Origin: Candidatus Woesearchaeota archaeon | GTDB lineage: Archaea; Nanobdellota; Nanobdellia; Pacearchaeales; GW2011-AR1 | Direction: 5' to 3' | NCBI GenBank assembly: GCA_964482915.1 | Contig: CAYZYU010000002.1 | Location: forward strand, 3,339 to 67,338 | Length of the DNA: 64,000 nucleotides | Part shown: positions 7,003 to 16,196 of the stretch, in pieces | How the letters are laid out: the number at the start of each line of letters is the position of its first letter | Position numbering within the stretch: position 1 is the stretch's first letter | Made by a program: the position numbers and the translations under genes | The notes under the pieces: model-generated | Database searches by the model: none | What the model was told of the DNA's origin: nothing | The model's input: only the letters and a program-made list of their open reading frames with translations

Positions 7003-7710
7003 TTACTTGCTTAACTTCTTTCCAAGTTCTGCCAAATCTTTCTGAAGAGCTTCTATAGCCTTAGTAAATATACTCTTGGCATCTATTTGACCAAATGATT
7101 CTAATGTGATTATCCTCCCACCGGTTGTTTTTACTTCAACTTTTCTGTTGTATTTTTCAGCAAGGCCCTCACAAATATCTCCCATCTCCTTTTCTTTATC
7201 ATCTATAATTAAGTACTTATCTCCTTTCTGCTTTATCTCAACATTAGGATAAGCATTCTTTAACTTTTCTGCAACTTCTTTGTCTGCATATATCTCTGAT
7301 ATTTCCCTATAATTCATCATCCCTGGAGAAAATTTAGCATGTTCCTGCCCAACTCCCATCTTTATAGTTGCAGTTAATTCTATCTCTTGTCCTTCACTTA
7401 AGAGAGTTATAGGTATCTTAGGATATACTACTTCAAAATCTCCTTTTAATGAACCAGAATATACTATCCCTTTATCTTGAGAGGTTAATTTTAATTTTCC
7501 TTCTTTCTTGCTAGACTGTTTTAAAGGTACTAACCCTAATCTGTGAGCTAAAGTTTCATCATATAAAGGAGAATCATTTTTTGCTATTTCAACTTCATCG
7601 ATTGCAGCAATCTGAATCTGACCCACATATCTTCTTATAGCATTAGCCAAACTATCTTCAATATCTGCTTTGAATGTGTATTTGTTTTCTGTCTTGTTTA
7701 TTGTTTCCAT
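7003..7710 (-). CDS. rpoD: DNA-directed RNA polymerase subunit D (Rpo3)
   Basis: LANAIRR, NDSPLYDETLAHRLGLVPL, EHAKF motifs; follows S11. Confidence 0.95.
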   Translation of the reverse strand: METINKTENKYTFKADIEDSLANAIRRYVGQIQIAAIDEVEIAKNDSPLYDETLAHRLGLVPLKQSSKKEGKLKLTSQDKGIVYSGSLKGDFEVVYPKIPITLLSEGQEIELTATIKMGVGQEHAKFSPGMMNYREISEIYADKEVAEKLKNAYPNVEIKQKGDKYLIIDDKEKEMGDICEGLAEKYNRKVEVKTTGGRIITLESFGQIDAKSIFTKAIEALQKDLAELGKKLSK

Positions 7711-7730
7711 TTTGTTTTTTATTTTCTACC

Positions 7731-8222
7731 TTATACTCTTCTACCCCTTCTTCCTCCCTTCTTCTTTGGTCCTCCACGCGGAACTCTTGTAGTATCAAGA
7801 ATATTTATTATTTTAAATCCTTCTCTTGATAAACTTTTTATTATTGCATTGGCTCCAGGCCCGGGACCAGTACTCCCGGTTTTTGCTCTTATTCTAACAT
7901 ATAATGATCTTATTCCTTTATCTTTCATATTCTCAGATATTCTTTTTGCAATAAACATAGCTATTGTAGGATTTGCTTTAAGTCTGCTATGTTTAGTAAC
8001 CATCCCTCCGGAGACCTTAGCTAAAGTTCTTCCAGAAGCATCAGTTACATGAGCAATAGTATTATTAAATGAAGTATAAATATTCAATACAGCTTCAATA
8101 TCCTTTTCTTTTTTCTTAACTGCATGCTTTTCTTCTGAATCTGGTTCTTCTACTGTTTCTTCTACTGTTTCTTTTTCATTCTCCTCAGGAGAATTATCTT
8201 CTTCAACTTCTTCTTTTGGCAT
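7731..8222 (-). CDS. rps11: 30S ribosomal protein uS11 with acidic N-terminal extension
   Basis: SFNNTIAHVTD, GPGPGA, GGRRGRRV. Confidence 0.97.
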   Translation of the reverse strand: MPKEEVEEDNSPEENEKETVEETVEEPDSEEKHAVKKKEKDIEAVLNIYTSFNNTIAHVTDASGRTLAKVSGGMVTKHSRLKANPTIAMFIAKRISENMKDKGIRSLYVRIRAKTGSTGPGPGANAIIKSLSREGFKIINILDTTRVPRGGPKKKGGRRGRRV

Positions 8223-8223
8223 T

Positions 8224-8709
8224 TTATTCTTTGTCCTCCTCTACTATTTTCTTCTTCGAAACTTTTTTATCTTTTAAAGTTATTTTATCTTCAAGCTCAA
8301 CAGGCACAATATATGAAGGGCTATCAACTGCACTTCCATTAACAAGCACTTTTTTATGTGTAATTAATTGTCTAGATTGTTTAGGTGTTGATGCAAGTTT
8401 TTTTTCAACAACAATTGTTTGAAGTCTTCTTTTAAGATAATCTTTTTTATCTAAAGATAATACACTAGATATTGAATTTACTTTTAGACCCATTTTATTT
8501 AATTTGTTGAAAAGTATTTGTTGTTCTTCAGGCTTTGCAGAAATAAGTCTCTTTGCTTTCTCTCTTATAATCTTTATTTTAGCTTCTGCCTTCCATATTT
8601 CCCTCTTGTTTTTCAATCCAAATTCTTTTACAATACCCACTTCTTCTTCTATCCTAGCTTTGTCAAAAGGTCTTTTAGGCCTTGAATATATTTTATGTTT
8701 TCTTTTCAT
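8224..8709 (-). CDS. rps4: 30S ribosomal protein uS4
   Basis: FGLKNKREIW, RRLQT, QLITH. Confidence 0.97.
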   Translation of the reverse strand: MKRKHKIYSRPKRPFDKARIEEEVGIVKEFGLKNKREIWKAEAKIKIIREKAKRLISAKPEEQQILFNKLNKMGLKVNSISSVLSLDKKDYLKRRLQTIVVEKKLASTPKQSRQLITHKKVLVNGSAVDSPSYIVPVELEDKITLKDKKVSKKKIVEEDKE

Positions 8710-8715
8710 TTGATT

Positions 8716-9261
8716 TTACTTTCCCTTCATTGTTGCAGCTGAAATATTTTTTGATGGTGAAGCTTCTTTAGATTTTTTCTTAATTCCTGAACCTTTCTTT
8801 CTGTTATGTCTGAAATGAGCCTTAGTTCTTTGTCCTCTTGTAGGAAGACCTGCTGTATGTCTTAATCCTCTATAGCTCTTTATCTTCTTTAGTTTCTTAA
8901 TATCAAAGTCTTTTCTTAAATCTAGGTCAGTTCCTGTAAGATGTTTTTCTTCACCTGTTTCAATATCTTTTCTTCTATTCATGATATATCCAGGAATTGT
9001 TGGATTTTTAATAAAATTAGAAATCTTTTGTATTTCTTCTTCAGTAAGAGAACCAATAGTCTTATTCTTGTCAATCTTCAGTGTTTTGCATACTGCATTT
9101 GAAAATGCCCAAGAAACTCCTTTTATTTTTGTTAATCCAGGATATACTTTCATTTTTCCTTCAATATCTTTAGATAAAATTCTAACTAATCTTTCTTCTC
9201 GTTTTTCTTGAGGTTTTACATATTCTGGTTTTACGTGTTGGGGTTTAATGTTCTCTGCCAT
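8716..9261 (-). CDS. rps13: 30S ribosomal protein uS13
   Basis: YRGLRH..GLPTRGQRTK. Confidence 0.97.
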   Translation of the reverse strand: MAENIKPQHVKPEYVKPQEKREERLVRILSKDIEGKMKVYPGLTKIKGVSWAFSNAVCKTLKIDKNKTIGSLTEEEIQKISNFIKNPTIPGYIMNRRKDIETGEEKHLTGTDLDLRKDFDIKKLKKIKSYRGLRHTAGLPTRGQRTKAHFRHNRKKGSGIKKKSKEASPSKNISAATMKGK

Positions 9262-9262
9262 C

Positions 9263-9805
9263 TTATGCCTTGTTTGTGAAAAGATTGTATCTTTCTATAT
9301 TTGTTAATTCTTGGAATATTCTTTTTTCAACAGCCTTTTCAGGATCAGGAAGGTTCTGTATTCTCTTCTTCATGTCTTGGAAAGATTCGAATCCCATTTC
9401 CTTTCTTTGCTTGAGTATTTCCTGCATATGTTTCTTGCCTAATCCAGGAAGCATCTCTATCTGATGTATCCTTTTGTTGATTGCATCAGACTTATTGAAA
9501 AATTCAACAAATTCCTTCTCTCTTTCTTTAACAATTTGCTTTATAAATTCTCCTAATTGCTGTTTTGCAGTCTCAGTTAGCTTTTCTCTGTGTAATCTTC
9601 CAAGAATATAATAAACCTTGTCCCTTTTTCCTTCGCCGATATAAACCTTCTCTCCAATCTTTAAATCAACACCTCTTCTAGGAACAAGTTCAAGAAGCAC
9701 TAAAGTTTTCTCTCCTATAGCCTGTGCTATAGGCATCATTTTCTTTTCTAAAGGATAACCATTCGGAAGATATTCTAAGACTATTGCATTTTCTTCTTTT
9801 TCCAT
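9263..9805 (-). CDS. DUF655 family predicted RNA-binding protein
   Basis: AQAIG..LLEL, LPGLGKK HhH motif; conserved archaeal synteny with rpoF. Confidence 0.9.
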   Translation of the reverse strand: MEKEENAIVLEYLPNGYPLEKKMMPIAQAIGEKTLVLLELVPRRGVDLKIGEKVYIGEGKRDKVYYILGRLHREKLTETAKQQLGEFIKQIVKEREKEFVEFFNKSDAINKRIHQIEMLPGLGKKHMQEILKQRKEMGFESFQDMKKRIQNLPDPEKAVEKRIFQELTNIERYNLFTNKA

Positions 9806-9810
9806 TTTCT

Positions 9811-10116
9811 TTATTTAAATTCTTTAATTGTATCGAGTATATTTTTTGTTTCATTCTCATCTAAGCTGACATCAATAAAAATTTTATTAACCTCCTCAGC
9901 TTTTTCAGGGAGAATATCTATCAATTTAGTAATTGTTATATCATTCATCTTTAATATCTTTAATTCTTCTAGTTTTTTTCTAAGTTCTTTAGCTTCTTTT
10001 GGGCTTATTTTGACAAATTTCTTTATAAAATCTGCAGCAGGTTTTTCAGATTTCTTGTCTTTTTCTATATATTCCAAAGATTCTGCCATACTTAAGGGAG
10101 TTGTATTTCTTATCAT
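9811..10116 (-). CDS. rpoF: RNA polymerase subunit F (Rpo4)
   Basis: KLIDILP motif; L21e-rpoF-DUF655 synteny. Confidence 0.88.
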   Translation of the reverse strand: MIRNTTPLSMAESLEYIEKDKKSEKPAADFIKKFVKISPKEAKELRKKLEELKILKMNDITITKLIDILPEKAEEVNKIFIDVSLDENETKNILDTIKEFK

Positions 10117-10117
10117 T

Positions 10118-10378
10118 TTATTTCTTATTCTTTATCTTTTTTAAGTGTATTGGAGAGATTATAAATTCTTTTTCTTTAGTTTGATCTTTTATTTTTACAC
10201 AATAGCTTCTTCCTCTCTTGCCTTCTACTATCCCGGTTCTTCCCTGAAGTCTTTTTGGGAAAGTCGGGTTTAAGGATGCTTCTGCAACAACAGTCACAAA
10301 ATCTCCTTTTTTTAGGTCTTGGAAGTATCTACTAAATTGGAGTTTTCCCCTTGTCCTTATAGATTTTCTATTTGTCAT
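10118..10378 (-). CDS. rpl21e: 50S ribosomal protein eL21
   Basis: GRTGIVEGKRGRSY, PIHLK. Confidence 0.92.
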   Translation of the reverse strand: MTNRKSIRTRGKLQFSRYFQDLKKGDFVTVVAEASLNPTFPKRLQGRTGIVEGKRGRSYCVKIKDQTKEKEFIISPIHLKKIKNKK

Positions 10379-10415
10379 ATTATACCCATAAAATTTCCAT
10401 TTAAAAAACTATCCT

Positions 10416-10634
10416 TTACATAAAGCTGATTCTAGAATTCCCTAATTTTGGAGGTGGTTCACTTGAAGAGATATTAGAGTTACATAAGTCTCCTTTATCA
10501 TTTGCTTCACCCATATTTCTTAAGATAGCATTAAACATTTTCTCTCCCCAAACGCCTACTCCGCATCTATTACAAACATCTAGTGCTCTGTCATCATTAA
10601 TATCCGCTTTGCAATAAATACATTTTTTTGCCAT
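10416..10634 (-). CDS. Small Zn-finger hypothetical protein
   Basis: CIYC...CNRC; ATG at 10634. Confidence 0.65.
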   Translation of the reverse strand: MAKKCIYCKADINDDRALDVCNRCGVGVWGEKMFNAILRNMGEANDKGDLCNSNISSSEPPPKLGNSRISFM

Positions 10635-10742
10635 TTTTACTCTTTTTTGGTTTAATGAATTTCCTAACAAAAATTAGTTTTTAAATTTTTGTGTATTTAG
10701 GGATATAGTAAGTTTTAAAAATCTCCTTTCAACATTATTTAT

Positions 10743-10940
10743 ATGATAATACCAGTTAGATGTTTCTCATGCGGGAAACCAATAGGCCATTTATGGGAAG
10801 AATACAAAAAACGAGTAGCTCAGGGTGAAAGCTCAAAGAAAGTCTTAGACGAGCTAGGGCTTGATAGATTTTGTTGCAGAGCAATTTTCTTAGGACAAGA
10901 AGATCATCTTGAATTAGTTGCTAAGTTCAAGAAATCATAA
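10743..10940 (+). CDS. rpoN: RNA polymerase subunit N (Rpo10)
   Basis: [12 protein letters not shown]...RFCCR. Confidence 0.97.
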   Translation: MIIPVRCFSCGKPIGHLWEEYKKRVAQGESSKKVLDELGLDRFCCRAIFLGQEDHLELVAKFKKS

Positions 10941-10971
10941 GATTTAATTAATTATTTCTCTTAAAATATCT

Positions 10972-11718
10972 ATGCAAATAGAATTTTATGAAGAATTTCC
11001 AAACAGGAAAAACCTTCAAAAATTGAAGTTAATAAATTTTCCTTCTAAGATATTCCTTGCAGCAAAGTCTCTTGAAGAATTCCAAAATTATGAAAAGATA
11101 GCTAAATCTTATAAAAAAGACTTGAAAATAGCTTATTGGCCAATTGTTAAAAATTCTTATTGGGTCTCATCTTTCTCAAATACAAAAGATTTAATAAAAT
11201 TGTCTTCAGAATTGGATACAATAAAAAACTCTTTGCTTATTGATCTTGAATTGCCTCTAATCAGAAGGTGGAAAATGTACTTGAAGAACATATTCTCTTC
11301 GAGAAGAAACAAAACAATTATTAGAAATTTTATCCTTAAAAATAAAGACAGAATAACCACAGCAGAATACCCCTTTGCATCTACTTCTAGATTAATGAAA
11401 TTAATTGGATTAAGTTACGAGATAGATTATGAAAAGAGTATAATGTGGTATTCAAGCATGATTTCAAAAGCGTATAATAGAAAGATAAAGAAATATATTA
11501 TAGGAATAAAAGATAAATCTAATTATTCTGTTTCTTTAGGAGTTATTGCAAGAGGGATTCTTGGAAATGAAAATATTTTATCCCCTAAAGATTTAGAGAA
11601 AGATATAGAATTTATCAAAAATGCCGGTTTCAATAAAATTATTATCTTTAGACTTGGAGGATTAAATAAAGAATATGTTAAGATTTTAAATAAATTTGCA
11701 AGCAGAAAAAAAATTTAA
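10972..11718 (+). CDS. Hypothetical protein
   Basis: 248-aa ORF with TATA-like box upstream; no recognisable family. Confidence 0.7.
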   Translation: MQIEFYEEFPNRKNLQKLKLINFPSKIFLAAKSLEEFQNYEKIAKSYKKDLKIAYWPIVKNSYWVSSFSNTKDLIKLSSELDTIKNSLLIDLELPLIRRWKMYLKNIFSSRRNKTIIRNFILKNKDRITTAEYPFASTSRLMKLIGLSYEIDYEKSIMWYSSMISKAYNRKIKKYIIGIKDKSNYSVSLGVIARGILGNENILSPKDLEKDIEFIKNAGFNKIIIFRLGGLNKEYVKILNKFASRKKI

Positions 11719-11772
11719 GAAAAAACTTACCTTTGAATTTGGAAATTTTTAACTTAACTTTTAAAAAAATTT

Positions 11773-11884
11773 AAGACAGCTTGCTATTTTCCCATCTTTC
11801 CGGACAGTACTGATAACAACATAGGTTGCTTAACTTCTGTGTTCGGAAAGGGAACAGGTGTTACCAACCTATTATGGCCGTCTC
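11773..11884 (-). rRNA. rrf: 5S rRNA (unlinked)
   Basis: Reverse strand has CCGAACACAGAAGTTAAGC, AGTAC..GGGAA loop E, and terminal helix AGACGGC/GCTGTCT. Confidence 0.92.
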
Positions 11885-11954
11885 GAAATTTCAATAATCT
11901 CTTGATTTATAAACCTTTTTATATACAGAATTTCTTGAATTTTAGCTTGATTTT

Positions 11955-12038
11955 GCGGGGTTGCCGGAGCGGTCAAACGGGCGAGATTAAGGCTCTCGTA
12001 GCTTAGTGCTTGCACAGGTTCGAATCCTGTATCCCGCA
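11955..12038 (+). tRNA. tRNA-Leu (anticodon AAG)
   Basis: Cloverleaf: acceptor GCGGGGT/ATCCCGC, A73, anticodon arm CGAGA-TTAAGGC-TCTCG, long variable arm, TTCGAAT. Confidence 0.9.
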
Positions 12039-12115
12039 CTTTTTGTATTGTGTATCTAAATATCTATATTTAATAGTGAATAAATCCTTAAAAGAGAGCA
12101 TTCTTCTTTAATTCC

Positions 12116-13081
12116 ATGAGAATACTTGTAACAGGAGGAGCAGGATTTATAGGAAGCCACCTTTGCAGATTTCTTTTAGAGAAGGGACATTATGTAATTT
12201 GTTTGGATAATTTTTTTACAGGTAGAAAGAGAAATATAATCAGTTTGCTGAATAATTCTAAATTTAGGATTGTTCCTCATGATATAACTGATACTCAAGT
12301 AAGAATTGATCAAAAGATTCCTGAGGGGGTAGATCAGATTTACAATCTTGCATGTCCTGCTTCTCCTATTCATTATCAATTTGATCCTATAGAGACAATA
12401 AAAGCAAATACTGTTGGGATGGTTAATGTTCTTGAATTTGCAAAATTAAATGGAGCTAGAGTCTTTCAAGCTTCAACCTCAGAGGTTTATGGAGATCCAT
12501 TTGAACACCCCCAGAAAGAATCTTATAGAGGGAATGTCAATACTTTAGGACCAAGAGCCTGTTATGACGAGGGAAAAAGAGTTGCAGAAACTTTACTTAT
12601 GGATTATCATAGAACATATAATATTCCAGTAAGAATAGCAAGAATCTTTAATACATATGGAACAAATATGGATAAAAATGATGGAAGAGTAATTAGTAAT
12701 TTTATCATTCAGGCTTTGTCAGGAAAATCAATCACAATTTACGGAGAAGGGAATCAAACAAGAAGTTTTTGTTATGTTGAAGACTTGGTAGAAGGAATGT
12801 ATAGGATGATGAATCAAAACATTACTACCGGACCAATAAATATTGGTAATCCTGGAGAGTTTACCATAAAAGAACTTGCTGAAAAAGTATTGAAGATGAC
12901 TCATTCAAACTCTAAGATAATATATGAAAGACTGCCGGAAGATGACCCCCTTCAAAGAAAACCAGATATTTCTATGGCAAAGAAAATATTAAAATGGGAA
13001 CCCAAGATTAATTTAGATGAAGGCCTGTCCAGGACAATCAAATATTTCAAGGCAATAAATGGATCTAATTCTTCTAAATAA
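12116..13081 (+). CDS. UDP-glucuronate decarboxylase (UDP-xylose synthase)
   Basis: [33 protein letters not shown]. Confidence 0.92.
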   Translation: MRILVTGGAGFIGSHLCRFLLEKGHYVICLDNFFTGRKRNIISLLNNSKFRIVPHDITDTQVRIDQKIPEGVDQIYNLACPASPIHYQFDPIETIKANTVGMVNVLEFAKLNGARVFQASTSEVYGDPFEHPQKESYRGNVNTLGPRACYDEGKRVAETLLMDYHRTYNIPVRIARIFNTYGTNMDKNDGRVISNFIIQALSGKSITIYGEGNQTRSFCYVEDLVEGMYRMMNQNITTGPINIGNPGEFTIKELAEKVLKMTHSNSKIIYERLPEDDPLQRKPDISMAKKILKWEPKINLDEGLSRTIKYFKAINGSNSSK

Positions 13082-13130
13082 GAGCCTTATATAGTAGTTT
13101 TTTTAAATAACTCCTCTTTTTAATAAATAT

Positions 13131-13205
13131 GCGTCCGTAACTCAGCTTGGATAGAGTACCTCCGTCCTAAGGAGGGAGTCGAAGGTTCAAATCCTTCCGG
13201 GCGCG
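13131..13205 (+). tRNA. tRNA-Arg (CCT)
   Basis: Cloverleaf with CCTCC-GTCCTAA-GGAGG anticodon arm. Confidence 0.92.
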
Positions 13206-13259
13206 CTTCATTTTTAAGGGATTACAACAATATTTAAGGTTAAATCCCTATTTCTTCTT

Positions 13260-13589
13260 ATGCCTTTCAAAGATGTTTTAGTTAGAAGAGAGTATAGAAG
13301 AAAATGGTATAAGGAAAATAGTCTGGGTCAAAGGAATTCTGTTAAAAGAAGAAAAAAGAAGGTTCAGGAATGGTTTATGAAATATAAATCTAATTTATCT
13401 TGTTCTAAATGTGGAGAGAATCATCCAGCAACAATAGATTTTCATCATAAGGGTAAAAAAGAAAATCAAGTTGCTCAGATGGCTCATTGGGGATATGCTA
13501 TTGAGAATATTAAAAAAGAGATAGATAAATGTCAGATTTTATGTGCTAATTGCCATAGAAAGGTTCATTGGAAAAACAAAAACCTTTAA
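13260..13589 (+). CDS. HNH-family endonuclease-like Zn-binding protein
   Basis: CSKCG..DFHH..LCANCHRKVH. Confidence 0.8.
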   Translation: MPFKDVLVRREYRRKWYKENSLGQRNSVKRRKKKVQEWFMKYKSNLSCSKCGENHPATIDFHHKGKKENQVAQMAHWGYAIENIKKEIDKCQILCANCHRKVHWKNKNL

Positions 13590-13617
13590 AACACCTTCCA
13601 GATATAAAATAAGATAT

Positions 13618-13688
13618 GCGCTGGTGGTTTAATGGTAGAATCACTGGCCTCCAACCAGTAGGTCCGGGTCCGATTCCCGGCCGGCGCA
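13618..13688 (+). tRNA. tRNA-Gly (TCC), atypical C33 and C55
   Basis: Acceptor GCGCTGG/CCGGCGC, anticodon arm ACTGG-CCTCCAA-CCAGT, 4-nt variable loop, T arm CCGGG-TCCGATT-CCCGG. Confidence 0.8.
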
Positions 13689-13705
13689 TTTTAATAAATA
13701 ATAAA

Positions 13706-14611
13706 ATGGAAGAACATCAAGATAACGAGACACATGAAAGAAAGAACTGGCATGATAGGTATTATAAAAAATTATTAATAATCCCTCTGGTTTTACTTGT
13801 TTTCTCTTTAGTTTATTTAGGAATATTTTATTCTCAACATAAAGATTTTATCTTGAAAGATATCTCTTTGACAGGAGGAACTTCTGTAACAATAAATGGT
13901 AAATTAGACACCTCTTCTTTAGAAAAAGAAATGTCCTCTGAATTTGGAGAAGTTAACATAAGAATAGTTTCTGATTTGATAACTGGAGAGCAGTTAGCAA
14001 CAATTATAGAGACAACTGCAACTAGTGATGAAACAAAAGCATTTTTAGAAGATTATCTTGGTTATGAACTTACAGAAGAGAACAGTAGTTTTGAATATTC
14101 TGAATCTTCTTTTACTCAAGACTTATATAGGCAATTAATCTTAGCACTTCTTTTAGCATTCCTTCTTATGACTATTGTAGTATTCATCCTCTTTAGGAAT
14201 TTGGTTCCTTCACTTACTGTTGTCTCTTGTGTTTTAATTGATATGATTATGACAATAGCTCTTGTAAATATTTTAGGAATAAAAGTATCCACAGGAGGGA
14301 TTATAGCCTTTTTAATGCTTATAGGTTATTCTGTTGATACAGATATTCTTCTGACAAATAGAATATTAAAAAGACATGATGGGACTTTAAATCAAAAAAT
14401 AAAGGGTGCATTCAAGACAGGAATTACAATGACCTTGACTTCCTTGTTTGCAGTTCTTGCAGCGATGTTTGTTGTCAAATCTTTTTCTGCAATTTTAACA
14501 CAGATTTTCTTAATAATCTCAATAGGATTATTTTTTGATATAATTAATACTTGGATAACAAATGTTTCAATACTTAAATGGTATATACTGGCTAAGGAGA
14601 AAAGAAGATGA
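13706..14611 (+). CDS. secF: Protein translocase subunit SecF
   Basis: LTGGT and LMLIGYSVDTDILL motifs; start moved to 13706 because the longer ORF overlaps the tRNA. Confidence 0.92.
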   Translation: MEEHQDNETHERKNWHDRYYKKLLIIPLVLLVFSLVYLGIFYSQHKDFILKDISLTGGTSVTINGKLDTSSLEKEMSSEFGEVNIRIVSDLITGEQLATIIETTATSDETKAFLEDYLGYELTEENSSFEYSESSFTQDLYRQLILALLLAFLLMTIVVFILFRNLVPSLTVVSCVLIDMIMTIALVNILGIKVSTGGIIAFLMLIGYSVDTDILLTNRILKRHDGTLNQKIKGAFKTGITMTLTSLFAVLAAMFVVKSFSAILTQIFLIISIGLFFDIINTWITNVSILKWYILAKEKRR

Positions 14612-16146
14612 ACAAATTAGGTTTTAAGATATGGCTTTTTATATTTGTATTTTTATTAGCAATTGTTTCTATATTTGTCTCTTCCAATGGAATAACTCTC
14701 TTTCAGAAAGGAGTTTTAATCACAAGTGTTGAACAAAATTCCTCATCATTTGATTATGGATTAAGACAAGGTCAAATAATAACTGCAATTGATGGAAAAG
14801 TCATAGAAGACATTGTAGATTACTCAAATTATATTCAGGGAAAATTTCCCTCTGAAGATGATGTAAAAACAGTAATAACTACAAAAGAAGGAGATATTGT
14901 TCTTTATTCGGAAGATGCACCAGAAATAACTATCTCTAAAATTCCTAAAACAAATATAAAAACAGGATTAGATTTATCTGGAGGTGCAAGAGCAATAATC
15001 GGTGCTGAAGGAAGAGAACTTACAAGTCAAGAAGCAAACGATTTAGCAGAGATAATAGAGAACAGGATTAATTATTACGGTCTCAAGGATATAAAAATTT
15101 CTCCATTTTCAGATTTATCTGGCAATAATTATATTAGAATAGAAATTGCAGGAGCAACTCCTAAAGATTTGAAATCTATGATAGAAAGTCAAGGTAAATT
15201 TGAGGCAAAGATAGGAAACGATACTGTATTTATTGGAGGAGAAAGAGACATTGCATCTGTTTGTAGAAACGATGCTACTTGTGCAAGAATAGAATCTTGT
15301 CAGCAGGATGGTGCAGGAACTTCTTATTGTAAATTTATATTCACAATTTATTTAAGTGAAGAAGCAGCAAAAAGACACGCAGATGTTACTAATAATGTAA
15401 GCATAAATTCTTCAAATCCAGAATATCTTTCATTACCTTTAGATTTATATCTTGATGACGCTCTTGTAGAAACCCTCTTGATAAGTAAGGACCTTAAAGG
15501 GCAGGTTACAACTCAGATTGCAATATCTGGTTCAGGTTCCGGTCCAACAGAAGAGGAAGCATATGATGCAGCAGAAGAAAATATGCATAATCTTCAAACT
15601 ATTTTAATCACAGGAAGTTTTCCTTATCAATTAAAGATAATGAAACTTGATGTAATATCTCCTAACCTAGGAACCAATTTTACTAAAGCAATTTTTATTG
15701 CAGGTTTTGTAGCTCTTTTTAGTGTTGCTGTAGTTGTCTTTGGTAAATATAGAAAATTCAAACAATCTGTCGCAGTTCTTTGTATGGGATTATCAGAAAT
15801 AATAATAACTCTTGGCGTTGCAGCATTTTTAGATATAAATCTGGATTTGTCTGCTATAGCAGGTATTCTTGCAGCAATAGGTACAGGAGTTAATGATCAG
15901 ATTGTTATGTTGGACGAAGCAAAGAGAAAAACATCTGATTCTAGTATCAAATCAAGAATAAAGAATGCATTTGAGATAATTGTAGGAGCCTATTTAACTT
16001 TAGTTGCAGCAATGATCCCTCTTTATATTGTTGGTGGAGGATTACTTAAAGGATTTGCCTCAACAACTATCATTGGATTAACTTTAGGTATTTTAGTAAC
16101 AAGACCTGCCTTTGGTGAAGTATTAAAGAGAATGGAGAATAATTAA
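14608..16146 (+). CDS. secD: Protein translocase subunit SecD with PDZ-like insertion
   Basis: GLDLSGG, IAGILAAIGTGVNDQIV, LKGFA. Confidence 0.92.
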   Translation: MNKLGFKIWLFIFVFLLAIVSIFVSSNGITLFQKGVLITSVEQNSSSFDYGLRQGQIITAIDGKVIEDIVDYSNYIQGKFPSEDDVKTVITTKEGDIVLYSEDAPEITISKIPKTNIKTGLDLSGGARAIIGAEGRELTSQEANDLAEIIENRINYYGLKDIKISPFSDLSGNNYIRIEIAGATPKDLKSMIESQGKFEAKIGNDTVFIGGERDIASVCRNDATCARIESCQQDGAGTSYCKFIFTIYLSEEAAKRHADVTNNVSINSSNPEYLSLPLDLYLDDALVETLLISKDLKGQVTTQIAISGSGSGPTEEEAYDAAEENMHNLQTILITGSFPYQLKIMKLDVISPNLGTNFTKAIFIAGFVALFSVAVVVFGKYRKFKQSVAVLCMGLSEIIITLGVAAFLDINLDLSAIAGILAAIGTGVNDQIVMLDEAKRKTSDSSIKSRIKNAFEIIVGAYLTLVAAMIPLYIVGGGLLKGFASTTIIGLTLGILVTRPAFGEVLKRMENN

Positions 16147-16196
16147 TATCTTTCTTATACCCAAATTCTTTTAAATTATTCATTTTAAATAAGAGT

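Noticed and set aside
13616..13705. N-terminal extension of SecF in the ORF track, and reading the tRNA as Trp(CCA)
   Set aside because: The extension overlaps the tRNA gene; the stem register places TCC, not CCA, at the anticodon.
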